A stretch of DNA of 58,137 nt, counting the filler, from Basidioascus undulatus (Eukaryota): the NCBI GenBank assembly GCA_000826855.1. It is 6 parts of 6 records of this genome, joined end to end, with 100 filler letters (N's around TTAATTAATTAA, not from the genome) between each part and the next. Parts side by side here need not be neighbours in the genome. Positions count along the whole stretch, not along the records: positions 9,693 to 19,310 come from JTLS01001234.1; positions 19,411 to 29,028 come from JTLS01001235.1; 4 more parts are not named here. The stretch is one strand, 5' to 3'. Both the position numbers and the translations under genes were made by a program. Positions within the stretch are counted from its first letter, which is position 1; each line of letters starts with the position of its first letter. The notes beneath the pieces are model-generated. The model saw only the letters and a program-made list of their open reading frames with translations. It did no database searches and had not been told where the DNA came from. This document shows positions 15,134 to 28,673 of this stretch, in pieces.

Positions 15134-17985
15134 TTAAGGAGCGACGGGAGCTATATCTGTATTCAGTCCCGGTGGTCCGCCGTATTCCCCGGGTATTGGA
15201 GGCAGTCTGTCCATGCCCTCCAGCAGGACTGCGGTGCGTAACGTTGGTAGAGCACGGACGGACAACCGTCAAAAGCGACTTCCGACTCACTGGCCATCAT
15301 GCCTCCTGCCAGATGTAAGCTGTGTGGTATGATTTTTTTTTAGTTCTGGAAGCCCTTTGCATCTCTTAGAGGATACACACTCGATGTGGCAGTGCAGGAG
15401 GAATGCGCCGGGAATATCCGCTGTGTATCGGACAGCCATCCAATTTTCCGATCCGAGGGAAGAGAGTGTGTTCCAGCCATCTGCGACTGAAGATGCAGGT
15501 CTGTAGACCCTGTCGAGAGAAGTAACAGGCGTACCTCGGACAGGGGGGTCAATCAAGTTAAAGGACGTGGGTACTGCCGCCATGGCCTCATCGACTGTTG
15601 CATAGTTGAACGGGCCCACGCCGCTTCCGATGACGAAAACCTTGCCTGCGTGCTACGAGAACGGAATCAAAAGTGTTTGTTCTACTCCAACTCTGCATGC
15701 TTCTGGGAAACAGCTGCTTACCTTGTGCATGGAGTGCGTGGGTCTGTAATATAGCTTTCAGCGCACTGTGTCAAGGGATTGTGGAGTCGAGACGCTTACG
15801 TCGACACACTATGGAAAATGAGGTCTACGACTGAGCCATTTGAAATTGTGTATATGTTCGGATTCTGCGGTGCTTGACGCCAATTGAGCAGGAGCGGCGG
15901 CGCATAAGATTCCGTCCCGATCATCGCGGTTCCGTTTAGGGCCCATTCGACGTCGCTCGGCCGATTGAAAGTGAAGTGTAGAGTACGGTCTGCACGGCCT
16001 CGAGGAGGGGGATTAGGCGGATAAGGGACCAAGGAAAGCGGGTCCAGGATCGTGGCAGAAGAGAGAGGGGAGCCGATGTAGTTGATGTAGGGCGTTGAGC
16101 GTGGAAGGGGTGGGAAGCCCGGGTCAGATGCGAAGGAGCTAGTCGGTGCATCGGTGTATTGCAGGAGGGCGTAGCCGGACAAAGCCTTATGAGGAACCAA
16201 TATTCAGCTGTGACCCATTGCTCCGAAATGATCATTGACACTCAACCTGGCGACTGGTCACTGCCGCTGCTCGGACGGTGTAGGCGCCTAAAGGCTTGTC
16301 AAGCCGAACAAAGACTTGATGTCGCTGGCCTGTTGAGATCTATAAGAGGGAGATCCAATTAGGTGTGTTTTTGTTACGAAAACGCCCTTGTCCTCACACG
16401 TATGGCGTTCGTCTCCATCGGTTCGTGATATTGCCCGTCGGCGGCTGCAGGACTGCCGTTAGTCCCTTGCTGTCACAGACAGCATATCAGGACGCACAGT
16501 AGACGATTAAAGGGTGTTCATCGATCGAGACTGATAGACTGGGGCCATCAGCTCTTCTCCCGGATACTGACAGGTGTGAAAGTACTTGCAGACAAGGTCT
16601 CGCTCACTCCCGCTGTTGACAAGAGAAAGGCTTAGCCACCGGGCTGCAGGATCGACATCGATGCTTGTCAATGTTGAGTTGGACGTCGGAGTGCAGGTAT
16701 TCCAGAAAGAGGTAGGGATTGCGCTCGGATTGATATCGGGACCATCACGGGCGTCCGCGAACGATCGACATCTGTAGATGAAGAAAACTTGTGTGAATCT
16801 GCTGAAGTTGACGTTCGTGAAGATCAGCGAGCACGAACCCCTTAGGCCCCAGTTCGCCGTAAACCAGGGCTTCTGAATACGTTGCCATGTCTTCTGCCGT
16901 CGGACAAACCACCGCACCCCGACCGTTGAAGAGGATGGAATCTGCGCATCTGGACAAAGAGGTGAGTACATTTTATGGGTTGCTCGTAGTCGCAAGGACA
17001 TACAAAGGCTCAATCCGAGACGCTTGCCATAACTGCAGGAGGTCGTCGCTGGTCTGATGCGACCAATCTCGGATTTGAAGGATGCGGGTTGCTTGGTGAG
17101 CGGCCTTGAGGGCAGTCAAGTCGAGAGGATTCGCCGACAGAAGCGAGAACGGTGCAGGCCGGTCCGGTCGAGGGCTTGTGACGAGGCTTCAGTCATCACA
17201 GTCGAGCAAGGCAGAGATCCGCTACACTGCTTACTGAACAATAAGGGGACCGGAAAGCCCATCCATCAACTCCATGTGGTAGTGCGAGTGGTACCAGTGC
17301 TGAATAGAATGGCCGAGGTATGTCAGTTAAACCCACGCAAGTGCCGGAGCTCACATACGTTTCCCGGCTGATTGGCCCGAAACCTGTACGTGAAGCTTCC
17401 TCCGGGAGGTATTGGCAGCTGGGATACGCCGGGTACCTACGAAATGCAATCAGAAGAGCGTGCCGTCAGTCGTCGAGCAAGGAAATCCCCACTCCGTCGC
17501 TCCAGGGTGTGCCTCGCTGATCTAGACCGTGCCAATGGCTGCTCATCCAACAGGTCAGCATCCCATAATCACCTTTTTACTTACCGTTTGGAGGTTAGAT
17601 GGAACTACATGGTCATGTCGACGGGAATTCGAGATTGCACCAGAACCTGGAAGACCTTCCTTGAACCTCACTACATCCTCCCAAACGAAAAGAATCATGC
17701 TTACCTCAACGTCGTCCCCTTCATTCATCTCCAACAGCGGACCTGGAAACTGGTTGTTGATAAGGTAGACCATCCTTCGAGAAGTAAGGGGCATAAGAGT
17801 CCTGCAAAGGTTACGAAAAAGTCCCGATCGCACCTGGAAGTCCCGCCATCCGGGTTTCTCGTCCCCTGCGTGACCATTAGCTCGAACCGTCGGACGGCGT
17901 CATTCCCTTGCCGACGATCGAAACTGGCCGCAAGGGCGGCCAAGACGCTGGCTGAGAGAAGTAGGAAAGCTCTGAAAGGGATCAT
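15134..17985 (-). CDS. Secreted multicopper oxidase (laccase-like, CAZy AA1), multi-exon
   Basis: Signal peptide MIPFRAFLLLSASVLAALA; INNQFPGPLLEMNEGDDVE. Copper motifs HWHGLDQRGTPWSDG (L1), WYHSH (L2), HSMHK/HAG (L3) and GAFLLHCHID/LHLAGGM (L4). Also DSILFNGRG. Confidence 0.93.
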
Positions 17986-19014
17986 GATGCGCAGCAACCG
18001 TGGTGGAAGGGCGATGGCGGTTGCTCCACAACACCTGCATAAGAGGAACCAGGAGATCCGCAAGCCCGCACAAAACACTCTACCCGATGCAAGACGGGTC
18101 TTGATCTCATGCGAGCCCGGCCTGTTTGGCCTGTCCTGGAGTGTGTCTCAGAAACAAAAACGACACGATACAAGAAAACCTCCACGACAGCGCTGCCAAC
18201 CATATCATTCGAAACAGATTATGACCATGAATTGAAAATTTTCAGATGCTACATAATATGCGATTCAGGCAAGCTTTATCAGGCCGAGCCTGATACCACC
18301 GTAGGTGGAAACAGTTACTAGTGATAGCTCGCGAGCGTCTGGAACGGCATTCCTGCATCGCAGTATGACACAATTTGTCCCTGTTCTCGGTGATACCCAG
18401 CGAATGCGCAAAGTATGCTGGGAATCCTACCGAATACATCCACAGATGCACAGAACCCCGCGCGAGAGAACATGCAACCAACGGTTCCAACACCTGGCGA
18501 CGTACTTGCACGATGCCGCCACTGACGCTTCCTATTCTTGTGTTTTTCTCAGTGGCTCGATGCCTACCTGATGGATTCCAGTTCGGACTAACCGAGACCG
18601 ACAAGGCTTCACAACCCTCGAGACCGCGCAGACCCAATCCTCTTGTACGGCTACCACTCAATCAATGCTAGCCGGCTGCGATGCCGCTTTGGTTCCTATG
18701 CTGTACATCCATGCTCGGGAACAAGGGAGGAAAGGTAAAACAAACATAAAGAGGTAGGTAGAAGGTGGGACAAGGGGACACGCGTTCGGGGGGTGTCGGT
18801 GGTCGTGGTACAGGGAAAGTCGCAACAGACAACGATGGAGATTGGTAAGGTGGGATGGGTGTTGCAACAGACAAGCAAGGAAAGGAAGAGAGGAAGAGGA
18901 CGAAAACAGGAACAGAAATGCGGTGGAAGCAAGAAGAGTTAAGAATTTCAACACGGAGCAGGAAAACGAAAGGGAAGTGCAAGATATGAGTATGGCGATT
19001 CCTATGAGCGGTCT

Positions 19015-19310
19015 TTACTTTCTCGGCCGGTCCTGCAGCGCCCCACAGAAGTCGATGAACCTACGCGTCCAACCCCCCAGATTTGTCTCAGACTCAAACC
19101 AGCGCGACAGGTCAGAACAAAAAGCACGCACCCCTCATCCGGTCCAATCTTGCGCACAACAACAGCCTCCACGACGAAGCGTGGCCCGCCGGCGAGGTTG
19201 ACGCCCTGCGCGGCGAGCTTGCGCCACCACACGGGCGGGTGGGCAAGCGCGTCGGACTCGGAGGACGAGGAGGGGTCGGATGCGGGGCGGGTCGGGGAGG
19301 GCGAAGGCGC
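19015..19310 (-). CDS. 3' end of an unidentified gene (truncated at contig end)
   Basis: Two exon-like blocks ...PPVWWRKLAAQGVNLAGGPRFVVEAVVVRKIGPDE / GFIDFCGALQDRPRK* with a GT..AG intron, followed by a pyrimidine-rich 3' UTR-like tract. Confidence 0.4.
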
Positions 19311-19410
19311 NNNNNNNNNNNNNNNNNNNNNNNNNNNNNNNNNNNNNNNNNNNNTTAATTAATTAANNNNNNNNNNNNNNNNNNNNNNNNNNNNNNNNNN
19401 NNNNNNNNNN
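19311..19410. other. Artificial contig-joining spacer
   Basis: 44 N + TTAATTAATTAA + 44 N. Confidence 0.99.
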
Positions 19411-20016
19411 AGTGCATTCGGTCCTGGTCCTTGGCGTCGAACGAGATGACAGGCCAGAGATGCTTCTGCTGGCGGTCGAGCAGTGCCTGCCGGTACTCCG
19501 GGTGGCAAACTAGGTAGATGACTGTGCAGCTGCCGATTGCCACCGCGAAGTCCTTCCTTTTCAACACCACACTGATCACCTAAATTTGCTGGTCTGCTGT
19601 ATCATGGGTCCACTTTCTGAGGTACTCAGATGAGCCCAGTCTCAATGATGTCGGTTCGCATGCCATGAGCGCTCTTCTACGATCGCACTCAATGTAGTCG
19701 GCCGGCATCCTGTATCATGATGGCAACGTGCATATCCATTTCTTTGAGAATAATAGTATTGTCCGCGGTGCAAATGACAGGGCGGAAATGCACCGGCCAG
19801 CGAAGCAGGGTGCATTGCTGTTGAACTCGACTCTCATCACCGATTGGCCGTGGTCCAACGCTATCTGCTGTAGACTCATATGATGGGTCCCTAATATCCG
19901 GCAGAACTCGTTGTTCTTCGGGACCCTTTTACCTCCGCACGTTATTCCTTACAATGTGGAGTTGACAGACTATCGCAGGTGACCGCCCAGCGCTGCATGC
20001 CGAGTGGGCCCAGTGC

Positions 20017-20034
20017 GATAAGCCAAGTGATAAG
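20017..20034 (+). promoter_or_regulatory. Tandem GATAAG sites (candidate AreA/Gat1-type nitrogen GATA-factor sites) upstream of formamidase
   Basis: GATAAG at 20017-20022 and 20029-20034, about 140 bp upstream of the formamidase ATG. Confidence 0.45.
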
Positions 20035-20169
20035 CGCCGACTTACATGATGAAGTCGAAGCAGATCGCTCTCTTGCCCTCAACTCTCATCCTCGTCTCTC
20101 ACTGACACTCAGATCTAACCCCACTTAAAACTGCCCACGTCCTTGCTGATACCCATCGATCGTACATTC

Positions 20170-22493
20170 ATGTCCGCGAACGTGAAGAAGATTCCCACGC
20201 TGATCAAGGTGCATTATGCTTCCGCTCATCCCTCGCCGTCTTGCGATACTGCCCGGCAACGACTGTACACGAAAACGAGATTGACCACGTAATTCCCCAG
20301 GTTGACCCCCACAAAGCTGCCACGGAGCAGAAGGGCTTGCACAACCGCTGGCAGTGCGTCTTCGGCGCACCCACGTCCACCTGACCGTCCTCTGCTGACC
20401 TGCTTCAATCGGCAGCCCGGACATCCCGGCGTATGTAACCGTGAAGCCGGGCCAGGTAAGGACTTTGACTCAAGTGGGCAAAAGATAAGCTGAAGGCTGA
20501 AGAAAGCCTGCTGGGTGGCGCAGGCGTTCAAGATTGAATGCCATGAGTGGACTGGCGGCCAGGTGAGAGCTGTCTAGCGTCAGTGCTCCCCGTGGACTGT
20601 ATTCTGAAGCCCTCTTCTCCCACTTCAAGATCAGAAACAACGACAGTGAGTCTCGAATGTACATCGCTGACGTGCTGGCGCTCATTCTCCTCCCTCTGCT
20701 GCGCAGCCTCCGACGACATCAGGGACGTGGACCTGACCAGAATCCACTACCTCTCTGGTCCCATCGCGATCGAGGGGGCCGAGCCTGGCGACGCTGTGGT
20801 CGTTGATATCCTCGACGTCAACCCATTCCCCAATATGAACTGGGGCTACACGGGCATCGTGAGTAAGACCGTTCTTGGCAGGAGAGAAAACCACCTGATG
20901 TGCGCTTCACACAGTTCGAGTTGAACAACGGTGGAGGCCTGTTTGCCAAGGAGTTCGACTCGTGAGCCGCCCCACTATGCCTGAGGTAAGCAAACGGGTT
21001 GAATCCGACTTCTCCAACAGGAAAGCCTGCAAGGCGATCTGGGACTTTGAGGGTGTCTACGCGACGAGCAGGCATATTCCTGGTGTATGTCGCCTTCTGT
21101 CCTGCATATGCATGCCTCCCTTTCTAATGGAGTTTAAATTATAGATCAAATTTGCTGGTATCAGTCATCCCGGGTTGATGTAAGGGGCCCTATCTTTACC
21201 GAGCTCATAGCCGTGTTGTGCTGAACTCATGCTGCGCTGTACAGCGGTACCGCCCCTTCGCAAGAGCTCCTGGACGAGTGGAACCGTCGAGAGGGCGAGC
21301 TCATTGCCTGCCACGAGCATGCGGTTCCAGCTAAGGCGCTGCCCCCCATCGCCAAGGGCGCTTACGTCGGCCAGGACGGACTCAACGCTCAGACGTTCGA
21401 CAAGGTCGCCAAAGAGGGCGCACGGACGATCCCGGGCCGCGAGCACGGTGGTTAGTTCAAGTACTTTGTCGGATAGCACATTAAGGGATTTAACCCATAT
21501 TCTTTTATTATCTGCAGGCAACGTGGACATCAAGAACCTTTCCCGAGGTTCTCGCTCCATCTTCCCGGTGTATGTGCCGGGCGCGAACCTCTCCGTCGGC
21601 GACCTCCATTTCAGCCAGGGCGACGGCGAGCTGTCCTTCTGCGGTACGAACTCCTCCTTTGTTTTAATTTCTCAAATGTCATTCTAAAATGCGGCTGGCA
21701 TTTTCAGGCGCGATCGAGATGGTGCTTTTCTCTGCAGTGTCGCCAGCGCTGCCGCTGGAGCTGACCAGCGTGCTGCTTGAAGGCGGGCATCATCACGCTC
21801 AAGATGTCCGTTATCAAGGGCGGCGTGGACAAGTTCGCATTGAAGCAGCCCATATTCATGGTGAGCATGAGCACAACCCTCGGTTTATTACTGCAAATCG
21901 GCTGAAATTGCCGTTCGCAGCCTGGTCCGATGGACCCGCAATACTCGTCCAGGCTCGTCTTCGAGGGTGAGGCTCCACTCTGTCAACTTACCATCCATCA
22001 CGAAGCATTGTTCTACATCTCGTTTGACAGCTGTAATGATTTCACCCCTTTTCAGGCATCTCGGTCGACCTTCACGGTGACGGAAAGCAATACGACATGG
22101 ACGCGTGCGTTGCGCTGTCTAACCGCTGCTGAGGACGTTATGCTAACAAGAGATTCCTAACAGTACCGTCGCCTACAAGCAGGCCGCGCTCAACACTATA
22201 GCTTATCTGCAGAAGCTGGGCTACACGCGCGAGCAGGCGTACCTGCTTTTGTCGGCTGCCCCGGTGGACAGCCATATCGGCGCGATCGTCGACTCGCCCA
22301 ACGCCTGCGTCACCATGTCCCTCCCCGTCGACATTTTCGAGCATGTAAATTTCTTCTTTGAGGGCTTCCATCGTAGTCAAGAAGAGGCATGCTGATGGCA
22401 AGTGTTTGCTCACAGGATATCCGGCCGTCTCCTGATGGCCTTGTCAAGCGCGACTACGGCCAGTGCGCTATTCGCTCGGACGGCGTTGTGTAG
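20170..22493 (+). CDS. fmdS: Formamidase (FmdA/AmdA family), many short exons
   Basis: MSANVKKIPTLIK/VDPHKAATEQKGLHNRWH/PDIPAYVTVKPGQ; ECHEWTGGQI; DVDLTRIHYLSGPIAIEGAEPGD; IPGREHGGNVDIKNLSRGS; VYVPGANLSVGDLHFSQGDGELSFCGAIEM; GYTREQAYLLLSAAP...IVDSPNACVT. Confidence 0.95.
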
Positions 22494-22889
22494 TCTGGCT
22501 CTTTGTTGCCGATTATGTGAATGTATTTTTGCATGAGACTGCAAAAGTATGCTGTGCTTTGTCCGCCGCTACTCAAAAAACCATGGTGCCACCGTCGCGA
22601 CTTGCCTTCAACGGTTTGCTTTGTCCAATCCATTTTCTTCGAAATTTCACATTTATTTGCTGAGATACGTAACTGCGGCGGCCGCAGTTTGTACCTTTCA
22701 AGTACTAGGGGTTGATGCCATCGACCAAGCACGAAGCTATGCCAGATCTGTAAGAGGAGTGACCCATGTCATGCATAGGCTGTCAGGAAAAGGAGTCGGC
22801 TTGTTCCTTTTCCTTTAACATCTTGTTGCTCTTTACGCACTCGTTCAACAGCTTAGCTACCGGTCTATGAAGCAAGTTAGAATGACATC

Positions 22890-24281
22890 TTAGGGACGCC
22901 CTACCGGAGTCGGACTCCTTCCTCCCGAGCTCTGGCATCGCGTCCTTGATTTTGCGCCACGCTCGACAGTCGCCGCGCTGTGTCGGACGTCTTCTTCCCT
23001 CCACCAGCTCGCTTTCCCAGTCCTCTACCGCTCGATTCCCCAGTTACGCTCGAACGCAGCCGCGAGATCTGCAAATATCTTGTTTCACATGCCGCCGTCG
23101 CCGCGCATGTCGATCATCTCCATCTCGTGGGCGCCCAGCTCGACGGAGACGCGAGACGCCCGTCCACGAGCTCCTGCGCCTGCCGGAGCTGCGCTCACGG
23201 CTGAGGAGCTTCGAGTGGTCGTACCACGAGGAGAAGGGCGAAGATGGGTGGCCTTCGTAGGCTGAGTCCCTCAAATACAATTCGATTTGGGAGGCTCTCG
23301 CGGAGGGTGTCTGGATCTCGAAGCGGTCGAGGTGACGGGTCTCGCGATGGAATTGCTGCAGGATGGGAACTCCAACGGGGCGAGTCTCACTTAAATTCGC
23401 TTTCGGCTTTCACTTCTGCTGAAATGGAGTCGTCGCGTTGCGCAGCTGTACCGGCTCGGGATCTCAATCACGACTCAACAGCACAAGCAAGCACGAGTGT
23501 GAGCTTTCCGCGTGATCTCATGTTGCTCCCGAGCTAAGCATTCGAAATTGATGCCGAACATACATAGGGCACTTGAACCCCTACGACGAGGACCCGTACA
23601 CTACCCCTCTGTTCGACATCCTCACCGCCAAAGTTCATCTCACTCACCTCACGCTCTGTCTCCTCTTCGACGACTCGCCCGCCGGTCGCTCTTCCTCTCT
23701 GCCCGCTGGCCAGCGCTCGTCGAACTCAAGAGAGATGCAAATGCGACGACGTAGATTGGGACGATTCGTCTTCGAAGCAGTTCGGGCCTGCGAAGTCAGC
23801 ACAGGAGTTCTTCGCCGCGCACCCAACCCTCCGCCGACTACAAATCACCGCCTCGTACCAGAACTACGATGACGGCCCGCGGAAGCGTCCCACTCGTTTG
23901 TCTCGCGCCGACCACTCTGCCGGCGCTCGAACGCTTCGAGGGCGTGCGCGACAATGTCGAGGCGCTGTTCGAGGGCGGGGCGCAGAGGGAGGCGAGGGAG
24001 GTCGTTGTGCTTTGGGCGCTTGATGACCGGGGCCATGATGGACGGCCGAGTTGGAAGGCGCCGGACGAGGACTTCCACGCATACCGGATGAGTCTGATCG
24101 ACGCCTTGGCACCGCTTTTGCCCTCGCACGAATCTCGTGGCGCTACTGCCGTCTACTCCTCCTGACTGCGTTCACGGGGACGGGGCCGGACGGGTCCCTG
24201 CGCTTCCAGGTGCGCCGGGGGGATGATGGGAGGGTGTTCACCGAGCGTCTTGCGGCCGTCGAGTCTGCCAATTTCATATGA
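22890..24281 (+). pseudogene. Possible decayed orphan gene (fragments in different frames)
   Basis: GC-rich protein-like fragments (LLRLPELRSRLRSFEWSY; PLFDILTAKVHLTHLTLCLLFDD; PTTLPALERFEG...; GSLRFQVRRGDDGRVF) interrupted by frame changes and stops. No family recognised. Confidence 0.3.
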
Positions 24282-24676
24282 CAAGGCTCCTCGCCTGCCT
24301 GGATGTGCCAACTGGCATTGAGCCAGGGAAGTCGGAACGCATCTAGTCCTTAGCCATTAACAAATCCAAAGATCGCCGAGTGAGGCTGCAGCCCTGGATG
24401 CAGGAGCCGCTGAAAACACGGCACGGAGCTACAGTGTCGCATTCTCCTGGCTGCCGTAGTTATCCAAGTCTGTCCTGTCGGTGTCTGGATGCCACAGTTC
24501 CACATTTTCAGTGCAACATGTGTGGTTCCGGCAATGGTGCGGCCGGCAAATGCTGCGGCCGGAGTGACCAGCGACGCTGCTGTCCGGAAAACATGCAACC
24601 TGCTTGCGAGAACGAAGCGACGATTCTTCAGGAAATGAATTGGAAACGATCAAACCGCAACGTCTGCACAGAAGGT

Positions 24677-27600
24677 CTACTGGAAGAGGAGCTTGAAGAG
24701 ACGCCGGTGCCACGGCCTTTGGCGCTCCTCGGCGCGACGAGCATTGAGGAACTCGGCGGTGTACCACGCCTTGCGGCCTGCAAAACTTCAGGTCAGCCTA
24801 CATGCGATGGCCATGTTAAAACCATGTAGCGTACCAGTGTCGAGGTCGATGTCCTTCGCGCGCACGGGACGAGACCTCTTGAATAACCAACCGCAGGCGT
24901 AGAAGGCGATAATCTGTGCGCAACTGTCGGTCAGGATGAAGACGTGCTTTCGAGATAATCATGCACTCACGACGGGAGCGGCAAGGTAAGACATGAAAAA
25001 GTCCTCAGCGTTAGGCGAACCGCCGAGCGGCCAGACAGCAATGTAGAACTGGAAGTAGAAAGTAGACTACAGTTCAGTACTCGCTACTCCCAGCCTGTAC
25101 AAGCCGAGCGTCGACGAACCTGGGCGATGAGTACCAAGGTCAAAATGGTGATCGCGAACCAAGAGCCCCAAATGCCGAACGTCGCCCGGTACGGGAGCTG
25201 GGTAGATAATCGAAGGTCAGCATAGACTCAAACAGCTCTGGAAATGGGAGCGAATACCTCGTCCAGAGAGTGCCCCTGAATACGCCAGGCGCGACGGAAG
25301 CGGAGGCTTTATTGGACAACGCACTCGATCAGCCTGGCACAAGAGGGAATCGGATTGGTTTGGACATACTGGCAGATGGCGATCGAAATCCAGGTCACGA
25401 TGGTCGAAAGACCGGAAACAGCGATGAGCCAGTCAAGCACTTGACCGCCGATGTCGGGCTTCAGGTTAACGTATGCTGTGGTGTATTTTGAGTCAGCGCT
25501 TGTTGGAATTCACCTATCCTAGAAACTGGCTAACCAATGGGGCCCCAAGCCAAGCTGCCAATGCACGGGAGGTCAGCCATCATACCTGGGCTGGGCAGAG
25601 GGTACAAGCGCACCAAAAGAGGACACTGTAGAGCGGACGGCCAGCCTGATCAAAGAGAGTGTTGAGATTATACGAAATGATTAGAGTGCGATTAAGGGTC
25701 CGCACCTTGTCGACGTAGGTGAAGATCTTGGGAGCGTAGCCGTTGTCGGCCAAGGCAGTCAAGGTACGCGAGCCGGCGTACACACTCGCGAGGCCAATGC
25801 TCGTTACCGACATCTGCAGAATCAGAGGCATAAGATAGGCTCTGGTAAAAGACAAATAAGAAACCAATGTACGAGGATGACCACGTTCATCAAGTGGGGA
25901 AGACCGGAGATGTTCGCCAGGTCCATCTGGCAGACGAACATTTAGACGGGACTCAGCACATGGAGGGCATCCGCAGGTTCATACCACGATGACGAAAGGC
26001 GAAGTCGACGTCGGGTTTTCGGCGCCCTTGGTGAAAAGTAATGAGCATGCATAGCGATGCGGACAGCGGACCAGCAACTTACAAGGAGACGCGGGTCCGT
26101 GGAAGGAACAAGCAGGCCGATGAGCAGAATGGTCGTCACGAAGATGAGCTGAAGAGGCACAGATAGTCAGCCACGCGCATTTCCCACACATAGGCACGGG
26201 TGAGTCTGACCATGATGCGCCACATCAGGGCCTTGATAGCACCGGGCATGGCCTTCTCGGGATTGGGCGTCTCAGCCACAGCAATTCCGACCAGCTCGGT
26301 ACCTGTAAACACATATCAGCACGCCCTCTTTTGAGGGCTTTACAAGTCGGCGTACCGGCGTAAGAGAAAGCCGCAGTACTGTAGATCATCATGTTAGCGA
26401 CCAGTTTTAACGCAAGAGCGTGGATGATTACACGAAGACAGCGCAGACGCCCTTGAAGCCGTTCGTCCTGTGTCGCAAGGCTGTCAGCATCTGCTACGTA
26501 AACGCGTTGCACAGCTATCACTCACAGAGCGCCAGGATCCCGCCAGAACCGGCCTCCAACGTATTCGGAGTAGAGGCCCGAAGCGGGGCTGGTTGAAAAG
26601 ATATTAGCACGAAGCTGCTATGATGCAGGTATGCGAGGTGCTCACCCGCCACCGGCGTTAAGCACAGCACCGAGAATGATGAACATGATGATCACGGTAC
26701 TGTCATGAGCAAGCAACGTAAGCAGTCAGGAATGGACTTGCAAACACCCTAAAGACCAGACTCACAGCTTGATCAAGCTGCTCGCGACGTCGGCATGAAC
26801 AGTCAACGGACCGAGCCTCGTGCTGCGCGACGCACACAGCGACTTACGCAGACCAGACTGCGTACAATTCTGTCAGTGTGCATCGGAAGAGGAATGTGCA
26901 ATGACGTCGACTTACATTCCTCCTCCGCGTATCCAGTCGTGCCCAAAACGTTGATGAAGATGATGAGGACGAAGAAGCTGCACAAGCAGTCAGTTCTGCA
27001 GGCTCACGGCGACGGACAGTTCCAACACAGGCGACTCACACAGTGACCCATGTCCCGACGCTTTGTTGTTGCGTAAGCACATTCTGGTCCCAGTATTGAA
27101 TTGTGGTCGCGACAGCTGTGAGCTCGAGCGGCAGTACGACGCTGTGGAATGCCTGTCAGACAGAGAGCGGCGGACCGAGGAAATAGCGGCTTGCGTACAC
27201 CCACTGCCTGTAGGGAGGGTCAGAACTCCTCATCTTCTCATTTCCGTGCCTCGTTCAGTACTTACAGCATGTAGTTCAAGCCCATCGCAAAACCAAAGCT
27301 CTTGTCGATGAACCGATTGGTGAGAGAGTAGAACCCGCCCTCGACAGGATAGAGAATCGCCAGCTCCCCTGTGCGTCATGCCTGGTGAGAGCCGCCCCGC
27401 GCAGAATGGAAAGTGGCGAACTCACCGATGGCCTGAACGATACAGAGAAGCATAGCCGCCATGATGGCCCAGCCTATCAACATTCCCAGCGGTCCGCCCT
27501 TCACCAAAGCGTTGCCCGTGCCGATGAACAAGCCTGCGAATACGAGCAAAAGGTAAGTGCCAGATCACACGACTACCCAGAAGTACTGGCAGCCGGACCT

Positions 27601-28011
27601 GTTCCAATCGAACCACCAACAGCGATCATTTGGAGGTGGCGCGGCTGAAAGTGCAGTTGTGAGTACGACGTAGAGCAACTTCAAATTCCCCTCAGCCGGG
27701 CAGGGCGCCTGACCTTCATCTGATGTTGCCTGCAGGCATCTATCTCTTCAGCTCACGCACAACTCCCAACACTTGGGAACGACTTACAGCACACCATCCC
27801 CACCCTCGATATCCTCCTGGGCCACGGTTCCCTCCGCCGTGTTCACAGCAATGCGCTCGGTCCGACCGGGCGCACGCTTGAACGATTCGAGAGTGAGACC
27901 GGCACGAGTGAGCCGAGACTCCTGACTGGGGTCATAGATGGGCGGCGCAAGGCTGATGGAGGCGACAGGTGTGCTGGTGTCGAGCTTCTTCTCCCCGTTG
28001 CTGAAGTCCAT
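24677..28011 (-). CDS. Amino acid permease, yeast amino acid transporter (YAT/APC) family, Gap1-like, multi-exon
   Basis: [38 protein letters not shown]...[90 protein letters not shown] near the C-terminus. Confidence 0.93.
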
Positions 28012-28673
28012 GTTGGCGGTGCCGGCGAGCGGGAGGGACGAACCGGCGAGGGCGACGAGAGTGGCCAGGTGTGAGTAGCGAGAAAGGACGTGCGTGAGTT
28101 TGCGTGTGCGCAGACGAACACGCGAAAAATGGTCTGAGTGCGAGGCGAAGTGTGGGGAGAAGCTGATGAAATTTCCTCGGCTTGGTGCGGCAGCAGGCGG
28201 CCGTGTGAGCAACCTGCCCTGGAACAGGAGACTCGACTGCACTCGGCTTTCGGCCCTCCCAACCGACTCAGTCTCCCACACCAGTGTACACTACAGACGT
28301 AGATCACTTGATATTCCACTCTAGGAACAGCTTGCATATTATATGGTGACGAGCCGACAACGTCGAAGGCAGGTGGAAAAAGTGAGCCCAAACTTCGCAC
28401 GCCGAGCCGACTTCCCCGCACCTCCACACTTGGGGTGCCTGGCTGCGCCGTCAATCAGTGATTCTGAGACTCACGCGATTGGCTAAAAAAAACGTGGCCA
28501 TCAGCATCATTGAACGCATTAATATTGCTCACAACCGACGGCTCGGCGGATGAAAGAAAAAAAAAATAGGAATGGCCCTCCGTGGCAGGGTGCTGGTGCA
28601 CGAACTGGGTTTTCAGGACACTGCTGGCCTGCGGTCGTACAGTGAGATTGTAAAATAAGAGTGCAAAAAGACG

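Noticed and set aside
19411..19600. Possible minus-strand coding fragment at the contig start (VISVVLKRKDFAVAIG...)
   Set aside because: Short, truncated by the spacer and without recognisable homology.
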